The notes under the pieces were generated by a model. That model saw only the letters and a program-made list of their open reading frames with translations. It was not told where the DNA came from and did not search any database. This document shows, one piece after another, positions 53,062 to 64,000 of a stretch of 64,000 nucleotides of DNA. Each line of letters begins with the position of its first letter. Position 1 is the first letter of the stretch. Source of the DNA: Mytilus edulis (lineage: Eukaryota). Both the position numbers and the translations under genes were made by a program. Where the stretch lies: the NCBI RefSeq assembly GCF_963676685.1, contig NC_092357.1, positions 36,952,001 to 37,016,000 of the forward strand. Direction: 5' to 3'.

Positions 53062-54290
53062 AGGAGTAGGTTCAGTAAGACCACTTTTTGGCCCCAAAAT
53101 ATAGCAGTTTTACAAAATTGTTAAAATGTAAACCTTTAGATATTTATAAATAGTTGAACTTTTTATAGCAATCTCTAACATTTTTCTGACTTTTAAATTT
53201 GTAATTACAACCCTAGATGGCTCATAGTTTGAATCAAATCTGCACCTTGATGAATGATGACAATTTTCATGGTTATCACAATAGTGGTTAACAATGTTAT
53301 CCAAACTTTCCTTCAGTTTTAAAGAATTTTGCTCACAGTCACAGTCACGGACAGCCCAGTGTGTTGCTATGAGTTCAACTTTATCTCCTAGCTATACACT
53401 CCAACTTATACCCTCTGAACGTTTGGTACCTTTGGAAATCTTGGTGATAGCCTGTTTTACAGCCTTGACAGCATGCCACAAGTCGTTCGTATTTGACAGT
53501 AAATTGAGTGTCCCTCACAAATTTATTTACAGCCAAATTTCTATCATGTGCATGAATGATTATGGACACATTTTTATTCTCCAATTTTTCATAAATTATT
53601 TGTGTTCTTAGTCTTTCGTGTCTTAGATTTTCTCCTGTGACTTTGTAATATGTTCACAGTCCATTAGTTTGTGGGTTTTTTCTCCTAATGCTACAACTGT
53701 AGTATATTTCGCAGTTTTCCTCCAACCAAGTCTAGCATCTGTCATGATGTTGATGCCATCTAGGGTGTCATATGAAGAAATTTCATCATTTATGGCATTG
53801 TCAACTGATTGAACACTTATATTTTCAGCATGTTCTTTATATGTTCTAAAGCATTTTGATCTTTTCTCTTTAGTGATGCAGCCAATTCCTGCCCTATTAA
53901 TACATCTAGTGAAATGTACAGGTCCTGTGATTGACCAAGAACTCATCATTCGGAATAATTTTAAAAATGAGTGATAAGAAAGTTGCTTTGGAATTAAGTG
54001 ATCTTTATTTAGAAACTATAAAACATTTGTTTGGGCATAATGATTGGGAAATTAAAATTTTTGATGACTCTGTTGTTGCTATTGAAAATTGCGAGAATGC
54101 ACAAAATCCACAGATGACCACAAAACAGAGTACTCAAACAGACAATAATGAAGAAGATGGAGACGATGATCAGCCTGGATTTGTTATACAGCAAGACCCG
54201 TCCAAAGAAGAAGCAGATATTGCTTTTGTTAGCCATGCATTACTGATGATCAAAACAGACAAATGTGGTAGCATGGTCAGTCAGAAGTAG
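53062..54290 (-). mobile_element. Kolobok-like DDE transposase relic with one terminal inverted repeat
   Basis: Minus-strand fragments TDARLGWRKTAK..VVALGEKTHK, HAHDRN, WHAVKAVK and HYCDNHENCHHSSRC. TIR aggagtaggttcagtaagacc at 53062. The superfamily call is from recall of these motifs. Confidence 0.6.
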
Positions 54291-55444
54291 CCCATCAAAC
54301 AAACTCAAGTTTGAGAAAGGAACACTATAAATTATATTGAAATCCTTTGTTCTGTATATAACACAGTTTTGGAGGAAAATTGTTGTGACTGGATTAAATT
54401 CAATATTATGACTGTAATTCCAATTTTGGGCAAATTAGCTGTATATTTATTTGGTTCTTTGAACTATGAATGAAATATAAAATGGATATGAGGATTACAT
54501 AGGAATGGAATAAGTTTAGCACAACAGGTAAGGTGTGTGTTGATATTTTGCATGGAAGCATGTCTGCATGCATGGCAACATCTACTTCCTGTGTAAACAA
54601 AAACAATGTATATATCCGCCCAGCTATCAATCAAAGTATATTTCAAATGAAAAATACATCTACTTCATGATTTGTTTTTGTAATACAACAAAATAGAATT
54701 AGTAAACAATTTTTTATTTTTCTTGCAACAGATTATATAGTTCAGTTCTATGTCCTGTGACAATTTGTTTTCTAAAAATCACTCTTTGAACAAGGTAGTT
54801 CTAAAAAATATGTCCCTGATATGAATGTGGCAAAGAAATTTGAATTTACCACTACTTCGTTAATTGGCTGCTATTTATACTCTTTCCCTTGCCTTTAAGC
54901 TGAAAAAAATCAATTGTGTAAGATAACTTTTTCTCTATTGTAAGCCAAACGATATGGTGTGCGATATATTTGATATATCAATTACTATCAGTAGATAAAC
55001 AAAACTTTCCTTTAAGGCACAGTTATTGGACAACAACAGTATCATTGTAAACTTTATTTATATGTACATTAAGTCACGTATGCTAATTTATAGGACGATA
55101 TCTACTGGTTTAGTTCAATATTCAGTATTTAAGCAATACCTGAATTAGAGATACCCCTTTTTATGGATAACAATGAACATGAACATATAACAGTATTGTG
55201 TCGGTGTTAGAGGTAAATGATGTATCAAGGTCTAAAAGGGCCATTGCGCTCTAATACTGTTGGGAAAAACACGTTATCAGATGGACGAACTTCATTTGTT
55301 GATACATAAAGTTCTGTTTAAATGATGTCAAATAATAAAATGATCACCGATATTGTTTTTACGGAATACATCAATCAAAATGGTGTACTTTGTGAAAAAA
55401 TTTACAAAAACGTCGAAATGATCGTAACGTCACCGTTAAAGAAT

Positions 55445-55596
55445 ATGTGGTATGATTGCAAAAAGGCAACTCTCCACAAGAGACGAAAATGGCACAGAAA
55501 TTAAGAACTATAGGTCACTGTACGGCCTTCACCAATTTTCAAAGCCCATACCACATAGTCAGCTATAAATGGCCCCAAAATGACAATATAAAACAT
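55445..55596. repeat. SINE-like repeat fragment
   Basis: caactctccacaagagac...acggccttc...catagtcagctataa. Confidence 0.7.
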
Positions 55597-56224
55597 TCCC
55601 GCCGACCGTGCAAGGGCTGTATAGCCAGTCAAGGTCGTTAAAATGTCCATGTGTTTTTTTGAGAAAATTCTATGGAGTAAAATATCAAACTTGATGATTT
55701 TAAGATAAATTTATGAACTTTTTTCGTCGATTTCATGTGCTTCCTATACAAACGTTCACATTTTTTCAAAGAATTTAATCAGTAATATTTCAGAAAATAA
55801 AAGAGATCAATAGATTATTTTTTCGATTTTCTGATATAATCCAAGGAGCTAAACAAATATGAAAATGTTTAACAAAATCGGTAACATAGCCCATTTACTG
55901 TTTCTGGACCTTAAATAAAAAATATATGGTAATGTTGGAAGAAGGGTAGATAAGTCTAAATGACATCGACATCAAACTTACCTTGAATGGATCGGGTTTT
56001 GTTTTGTAAACTTACAAAACGTCAGGTAGACATTGAAAACACTAGTATATTTTTTTGTAAGCTAAGGGTTAAGAGGGTGTGAATGTAAATTTAATAAATT
56101 ACCATCACCTATTCTCTATTTACCAAGGCAGACTCTTTCATTGTTTAAGAGATTCGAAAGAGGTGTTATGCACGCCATTATTTATTTTTTTCAGTCCTAT
56201 TGATGTAATGTGTTTCAGTTCGAA

Positions 56225-56620
56225 GTATTTTTCAATTGATTTTTATAGTTCGTTCTTATGTTGTACTGTTACACCACTGTCTCAGGTTGGAGGGAGGGTT
56301 TGGGATCCCGCTAAAATGTTTAACCCCACCATATTCTCTTTGTATGTGACTGTCCCAAGTTAGAAGCCAGTATTGCTGTGGTTGTCGTTTGTTTATGTGT
56401 TGCATATTTGTTTTTCGTTCATGTTTTTGTACATAAATTAGACCGTTAGGTTTATCGTTTAAATTGTTTAACATGGTTATTTCGGAGCCTTGTATAGCTG
56501 ACTATGCGGTATGGGCTTTGCTTATGGTTGAAGGCCGCACGGTATAGTTGTTAACTTCTGTGTCATTTTGATGTCTTGTGGAGAGATGTCTCAATGGCAA
56601 TCATACCAAATCTTTTTTAT
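56225..56620. repeat. SINE-like repeat in the opposite orientation to 50095-50476
   Basis: Reverse-complement match across most of its length. Confidence 0.75.
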
Positions 56621-59036
56621 ATATAAGCTTGGATATACGGATTTTCCTATTCTTGTTTTGCAAGTTGTGTTTAAAGTTGAATAGGTCAATGATCAATGCA
56701 TCGATTTAAAAAAAAAGAATTAAAAAAAACATTTCAGTGTGGACAGACAGACATGACAGACTAATACCAAGAATTTGTTTAACTGAGCATGAAACATATG
56801 TCATACACTACGAATCTGTTATGTAATTAAAAATATCATGAAGCAGCAATCCTCGTTGTATTCAAATGATGGCAATTGCTTTGCTTTAGTAGACAATAAA
56901 AACATTGTGTTATGCGTTAATTAAGGAGTTGACAGTTAACATGGTAAAGGGTCGTGAAGAGGAATCAAATTACGACCATGTTTAAACAACGTTAATTGTC
57001 CAGAAAAACAGTCACCAGGCAAAGAAGGACATCGATAAAAAATCAACGCATTTTATATTTCAAATAAATATTAACATCTTTCATGGGTTTCGACATTCTT
57101 TTTTGTTGTTCCCATTCAAAGGTACTTACATAGACTGCGTTGGGGAAATGATTGAGATGTTCTCCTCGTGCAATAATTGTAGTGGATTGTATTGAATTAC
57201 GAACACAATAGAGGGACATTTAACTCTTTCAAATACTTTTGATATCTTTATGTGTCCTATTTGTATATATTGTATTGATCTTTTACACACTAGTCTATAA
57301 TTATATTCACAGGTAAACTCTATAAGTATAGATAGCAAAGTTTTAATGTATGGAGATAAACAACAACTAAAAGTCGTAGGAGGTTAACATCAGGTAAGAA
57401 CGATGAAAGCAATAGTTTTAAATTTCATATCGAGTCATATATGCTTTTCAAATGTTTTGCATAAAAGTAAATGTCCGAAACCTTACAGGCAACAAAAACA
57501 AAAGTCAATACAAAATCACTTCCATTAACCAAATAGTACACAAAGTACGACGGAGTGTAAATTGTCGTTTTCATCATGCAAAGTTCACATATATCTAGAA
57601 TAAGAGTATGATGTCATTGCCGGATAACTCGTATATTTATACTGCATACATAGAATATAAACGTTGACAATATATACGCGTATGTAGTAGAAATAAACGT
57701 GACTGTGTACATAATGTATCTGGTGATTAAATAATATAAATCTAGAAGAAACGCGTACATTGTGTTTTCTTTCACCTATGTGAACCGGTCGATCACAAAC
57801 GGTTATTCACTTTATGACATTATATCTTAAGAGCTGCTGACCTCTCCATGGCTTCTAAGAACCAACTATTCTTAACAAATGGACAAAACGAACAGTGGTA
57901 CAGCAATAACAATATCGTTGATGCATTCACAATGAAATAGTGAAAATAAGTTAAAATATTAAAGAATATGTACTGACATAACTTCTAAAAAGGGTCCACA
58001 TTACCCTAATTATAAGTAGTATTAAAGTTGAAATATAAGTGACCTATACAAATATTAGTCTTAAAAAAGACGTTGAATTAGCTTATCGATTTCTCTCTTT
58101 TAATTTTGGTTAATTCGAGAAAAGGGCCTTCTCCAAATATCAGCGTCATAATTTTTTTTATTGAAACGGGTTGCATTTTTCTTTTCTTTTTTGGCATGCA
58201 TTGAAATATGGTATCGACATAATGGATGTACTGAGTTTTTTTGTGATGAAATTTAATCACTGATAGCAAATCATCATTCAAAAAGTAAAATCACAACAAT
58301 ATTAAACTCTGAGGAAAATTCAAAACAAAAAATTCCTAATCAAATGGCAAAATCAAAGCGCAAAACCATCAATCAAAGGGATAACAACTTTCACATTTCT
58401 GACTTGGTACAGTAATTTTCTTATGTAGAGAATGGTTGATTAAACCTAGTTTTATAGCTAGCTTAACCTCTATATCCTTTTTTCACGTAAAATCTACTTG
58501 AAAATCACTAAAAAGTTAATTGGTTTTTTTTTTCAATTTTCAAAATGAAACTATTCAAACATATCTCAATTTTGAAGTTCAATTCAAAATATTATTGAAA
58601 ATACCAATATTTTTTTTGTTAACTTCACGTGAAATTAGCATCCATGATTTCCGTGTAAGCTCATTTTAGGTATACTTCGCGTAAAATATTTCAACTCAAT
58701 TTTACGTGAGAGGTATTTGAAATTCAAAAGATGAAAATTTACCCTTGTAGGACCCATAATTTTGTCTTGTTAAAATATTGTCACGGATTGACAGAAACCT
58801 AGTAGAATAACACCATAACTATGTTTTGTCATTATAACGATGTATTTTCTGTTCATAGAGTACAGACCATTCAAACTTCATTTTATCGACATCGAACAGA
58901 TAATTTTTCTCTTCCATCAGCATAGATTTTTACAATTACATTTTTTTCTGTAGGTCATTAGGTTGTTTACCGATGAAGAAATGTCCAAATCATAAGAAAT
59001 TTTGTCTAACATCAACTAAGACAAGCTATAATTGAA

Positions 59037-60752
59037 ATGGCAAACAACGAAAGTGCATCATTCTGCGTCATTTGCCAAAGCAGGGACCTTAATAAGTTAG
59101 CGGAAGAATACTGCCCACAATGTGAAGAGGTTCTTTGTGGAGATTGTCAACATCACCATAAGACATCGAAGTCGACAAAATCACATCAAACAATCCCTAT
59201 AGAGAATTATAAAAAATTACCATCCTTTATCAAGCAAATTACCCATAATTGTAAGGAGCATGATTGCTTTCTTGAATTTTATTGTAAATCTCATGAATCT
59301 TTTTGTTGTAAAATTTGTTTGATATCAGGCCACAAGGAATGCAAGGAAACTATTTTCATTGAAGATTTTCTTAAGCCATTACCTGGGCACCAGTCAGCAG
59401 CTTTAGATAATATTGAAAAAGTTCTGCAAGATTTGCAAAGTAACATCTGTTCCGCTATAAAGGACAGAAATCGAAATTTGACTGAATTACGCGAACAGAA
59501 GCGGGTAATTGAAGAACAAATTAAAGAAAAGCGTAAAGAAATCAATAACCTTTTAGACAATTTAGAAGAAGAATTATTACAAAAGGTATCTATACATGAA
59601 AAGACAAACTGTCGGGAAATAGAAGAAATAATTACGAAATTAGAGGACGAAAAAGAAAAAGTAGACGAAATTCAAAAAGAGGTTGAATCTGTCAAAATGT
59701 TTGCTTCTAATCTGCAAATCTTCATGGGAACAAAGACATTCCAAGAAAGTATTTCAACCAATGAAATCAACGTCCAACAAGCATATGACAACGGGAGCTT
59801 AAACAACGTCACAATGAAATGCACCTTTAGTGAAAAGCTAGAGGGGTTTATAAAACACATAAAAACATTTGGTGATGTAGAAATTGATAATAGTGAAAAA
59901 CATGTTTCTTTTTCATGGAAAGGTGACAAATCAGCACAAAATTCCAAACCGATGTCTGTGGCAAAATCGATTGAAAACATATACGTCCGGTTAGGAAGCA
60001 AGATTGATATAAATCATGACGGTATATCTGGATGTGCCATATCAGAAGCTGGAAACATGCTATTTCTACAAGCACATTGCAACAGAATGATGAAGTATGC
60101 GCCCAATGGTGAATTCATTTCAGAATCACGTATTAACCCAGAGGCAAACGGCATTGGATATGACCTTGCAGTTATTGATTCTAATACGGTAGCTGTATCA
60201 AGTGGTGGAAATACCCCTCAACAGATTTACTTGATTGATATGAAAAGTACAAACATGAGTCAAGTTTTGCAACTGGGCGACTGGTGTTACGGTTTAAGCT
60301 ACAGCAACGATTCATTTATTTGTTGCACGTATCATAACGGCATAAAAATATATGACAGGTCGAACTCTAACGTGCGGATACTTCCAAATTCTCCCAAATC
60401 GGCGGGTGATACCTACGTGGCCTCAAATGCAAATTGCATTTTTCATACCAATTGGCGTGATGATTCTGTTGTATGTTACGATTTCAGTGGGCAGGTAAAA
60501 TGGAAATATATGGATTCTTCATTGCTTAAAAAACCGTACGGCATCACATTAGATACTAATTCGAATATTTATGTTGCAGGTTCTGACTCGAACAATGTAG
60601 TCGTGATATCTCCAGATGGAAAACAGGCAAAAGAGCTAATTGGAGCTAGTGACAAACTTACAAATCCTCGTGCCTTGTTCTTTCATAAAACAAAACCCTT
60701 GCTTCTAGTAGCAAACTATAACAATGGCGCCTCGGTGTATGATGTTATTTAA
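59037..60752 (+). CDS. RING-less TRIM-like protein, 571 aa, copy 6
   Basis: Same domain layout; the body is closest to copies 2 and 3. Acceptor AG at 58953. Confidence 0.92.
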   Translation: MANNESASFCVICQSRDLNKLAEEYCPQCEEVLCGDCQHHHKTSKSTKSHQTIPIENYKKLPSFIKQITHNCKEHDCFLEFYCKSHESFCCKICLISGHKECKETIFIEDFLKPLPGHQSAALDNIEKVLQDLQSNICSAIKDRNRNLTELREQKRVIEEQIKEKRKEINNLLDNLEEELLQKVSIHEKTNCREIEEIITKLEDEKEKVDEIQKEVESVKMFASNLQIFMGTKTFQESISTNEINVQQAYDNGSLNNVTMKCTFSEKLEGFIKHIKTFGDVEIDNSEKHVSFSWKGDKSAQNSKPMSVAKSIENIYVRLGSKIDINHDGISGCAISEAGNMLFLQAHCNRMMKYAPNGEFISESRINPEANGIGYDLAVIDSNTVAVSSGGNTPQQIYLIDMKSTNMSQVLQLGDWCYGLSYSNDSFICCTYHNGIKIYDRSNSNVRILPNSPKSAGDTYVASNANCIFHTNWRDDSVVCYDFSGQVKWKYMDSSLLKKPYGITLDTNSNIYVAGSDSNNVVVISPDGKQAKELIGASDKLTNPRALFFHKTKPLLLVANYNNGASVYDVI

Positions 60753-63700
60753 AGCAAAAACATCCATAAACCTTTTTTTCAAATGGAATCACATATGTGT
60801 TACTAAATTCAGAATTGAATAAAAGCCTTGGAGTAAATTTTATCTAGAATAAATCCTATTTTCAGGCCTCAAAGACGACTAGCGAGCCATCTTACACATA
60901 TATTAATTCCTAAAAAAACACTAGAAATCTATCGATCACTGTTTCGTCAATGCTCAATCGTAATTATAATCACATGTTTTAACAGATTGTTGTCTTGAAC
61001 TCAATACCTTCCCAGGCAGTAGGTTGAAATTTATAACTTTAATTTTAAAAGTTTCAAAAATCAATTTGTTTCCGTCCTGGCTTTAAAACTACATCATTCC
61101 GAAATTTCAGTTGAAGTTTTTATAAATTCTTTAAAAAAAATAATCTAAAAAATAAGATGTACTAAGCTATTGAAAATATAAAATAATCAGACCCTTTTCT
61201 TCCAAATTTAATGCAAACGTTTAATTGAAATTAATTGATAGAATGATTGTTAATTGTCCCCATGACGTTGTTCATCGTTTTAAAGTTGTTGGTTTTTTTA
61301 TAATGAGCAATAATAAAGGGAGATATGTTATATGTCAATGAGGCAACAACCTAAAAATAAAATTAACCGAAAATCAAATACAGGGCTACATACTGTCATT
61401 AATCATGCACACGTGTTTATTAACACAAGGTATGCGTTAATGATATATCTAACTATAGTAACAGAAATATTATGATGGAGGACGTAGAATTCTGAAAATA
61501 AACGTTTCTCAAATTTTGTAGAAAAAGAATAGTTTGATATTTTGTAGTTGGCACCAACAAAAGAGAGAAACACTAAAAAATTATAAATGGAGAGGTAAAG
61601 GGAAAAAATCAACTGTTGAAATATCAAATGATATCAGTTAAGTAAATGAAAAAAAGATATCGGTGACAGCAGACAATGATTATGATGTCTGTATCCAAAA
61701 CCATTTCTGAACTCGAGAAATAATCAAGTCAAATAGAAAACTTTCTAGTTGGATGATGTTTTTTTGAGAACTTAAAATTGACTAAAGATAGTTGTTTTAT
61801 TTGCGTCCATTGGCAAAAACTGTCGGCCTTAGAATAAACCTGATAATTGAACACACGTTTTGCATATCGCCATTGACACTTAGTAATACATATAAGAGGG
61901 AAATGGGGTAATGTTTCAATATATTATTTTAATGGTTACCTATTCTCTTCAGCAATTGGTCTCTAGTGAAGAGTTGACAAACATACCACATCTCATTTCT
62001 AAAGCTTAATTTCAAATGAGGATCATCTTCGTTCGAGTTTTATAACAGCATGAACTGATGGTTTTGATCCGTTTATAGTATGAAACTGATAAGGAAATAC
62101 GGTATCATTTAAAATTGACTGATTACTTGCCATTTACGTTAAGACAAGAAGTAACAATAAAAAATGTTCATGCATTTTCAAAAACATCAGTTTAAAACTA
62201 CAATTAAAGCAATTTTACGAAATTTTCCTTTGATCTTACTGACTGACAATTTCCTTTCTCGCCACAGTAGAGTGATATGAAAACTTATCGCTAGAAACTA
62301 AGGTTTCAGGTTCCCGATGACAAAGAAATTAACAAAGTTGTCATAAGTAAAATAGCGATAAACAGATTATCATTGATCATCTCAATTTGATTGATTTTCA
62401 AATTTCGCCGTACCGGCAAGAAAATAAATTTCGTTGAGATGATACAAGATAAACTATAAATAAAATACTTTCATAACCAGTAATAATGTTTTAATAATAG
62501 TACATATAGTATCTTGATTGATTGACTTGCGTTTAACGCCGCTTTCAGGACTAGTGTCCTTTCTGTAGATGTCAAGTTTTAGTGATGGAGGAGCCACATA
62601 GCAAGGAGAGAACCCCCGACCTATGGCCAGAGATTGACAATTAAGATTGGAGTCGATAAACATAAGTTTTTACAGGCTTTTAATACAGTAGTTCGATTTA
62701 TTATACCACTCGAGCACCTTGTTACATTCTATGTATTTAATTAATGTTGAAAACCAAAGACTGATCTAATTAAAAATGTACAGTTTGTATTTGTGTCATA
62801 TTAGGTTTAAGTAAAGTAAGGGACCAAACGTTGTATACTGGGGTACTACTGTACTGATATATATTAAGGAGACAAACTGTTTACATGTCAATTGTGTGTA
62901 GTTTATATTTGTATTTGTTTACTCATAAGAGATTGGGGAAATTGATTCTACACGAACAAAGGCAACAGTAGGTTACCCCTGTTCAAAAGTCATAAATCGA
63001 TTGAGAGAAAACAAAGTCGAGTTACAAAATGAAATACACATATTACAGTCTTTTTAGTATATTCCTTAAAATTCGTAAGGATTATAACATGTATTAGTAC
63101 ATTAGAGACTTGGGTAAACTTTCAGCCCAGGATAAACGTCGATTAAAGAAAAAAGAAAATCTATCTTTCATTTATCGGTCACACAAAAAGGTACTTAAAT
63201 GAACGTTGTTGATTTACGTAATCAATAGAGAGAAGGTTATCCAGATATTTGTGATATCTGTATGTGTCCCACTTAAACTGATATTTAACACACTTGTGTG
63301 TGTGTATTCTTATAGGTAAAATCAATAAGTATAGATAGAAAAGTTTAAATGTATGAAGATACACAACAACTATAATTGGTATGATGTTACAATCAGGTAA
63401 GTACAAGTAAAATTCTAAAGTCTGAATTTCATTATGGGTCATATTTGTTTTTCAATTGATCGCCCTGAAATTAATTTTTTGAAATCTTCAATCCAGCAAT
63501 AACAAAAGTACACGCAAAATCATACCCGTAGACCAAACAGTACACAAAGTATGGCGGCCTATATAAAAACATGTAACGAGGAAAACTTATAAACCACACA
63601 AACAAACGACAGAATTCACATCAATTAATGATAAGAATGATTTAGAATTGAACCAAAAGATATCAACACGTAATAGTATGATGTCCTTGGTCGGATAACA

Positions 63701-64000
63701 AAGCATGCATGATACCGCAGGTCAAATCACACATGGTCTGTTGATTTTATAGAAATAAACGCGGAAACAATTTATCTGGTAATTAGATTATATTGTGCGT
63801 ATCAATTTAGGATATGCGTGTGCCTTTCCGCTTCTATAATTGTTCGTGTAATGGGGTTTGCTTTTTCAACCCTATATCTTAAGGGATGCCTACATTTATC
63901 TGGCACCTGCGTCTACACTATTCCTATACAGTTTTAAAATTAGAAAAGTAGGCCAACAAATAAACTACTTTTAATGTACTAGTACTTGTTGAATGAGTGA

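Noticed and set aside
13640-60075. Conserved antisense ORFs overlapping the TRIM copies (e.g. 29787-30215, 35336-35812, 42029-42385)
   Set aside because: They are shadows of the sense CDS; starts and lengths are inconsistent between paralogues.
13135-60752. Assigning gene symbols such as TRIM71, TRIM2/3 or TRIM56
   Set aside because: No RING or filamin domain was seen and the expansion looks lineage-specific; orthology cannot be established from this window.

Overview
AT-rich, repeat-dense eukaryotic DNA; the repeat families and gene type suggest a bivalve such as Mytilus (inference). (1) 640-8150: a minus-strand tyrosine-recombinase retrotransposon of the Ngaro (split direct repeat) type. 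It has decayed gag, RT, RNase H, YR and SGNH-hydrolase remnants, an internal 33/34-bp minisatellite, and an extra 707-bp A/B repeat unit. (2) ~10-64 kb: a same-strand tandem array of RING-less TRIM-like genes (B-box1, B-box2, coiled coil, NHL-like beta-propeller), each coded by one exon. Three are intact (29116, 41532, 59037), one has a single frameshift (13135), one has a single nonsense codon (34701) and one is a decayed pseudogene (50968). A further unit appears to have lost its CDS near the 23.9-kb gap, and another probably starts just past the window end. The paralogues are mosaics, vary most in predicted propeller loops, and share an 81-nt upstream exon. The intergenic DNA holds Penelope-like fragments (one with a complete minimal hammerhead ribozyme), a Kolobok-like transposase relic with a matching MITE, other MITEs and SINE-like repeats. 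All calls come from reading the sequence and ORF track by eye; no database searches were run.
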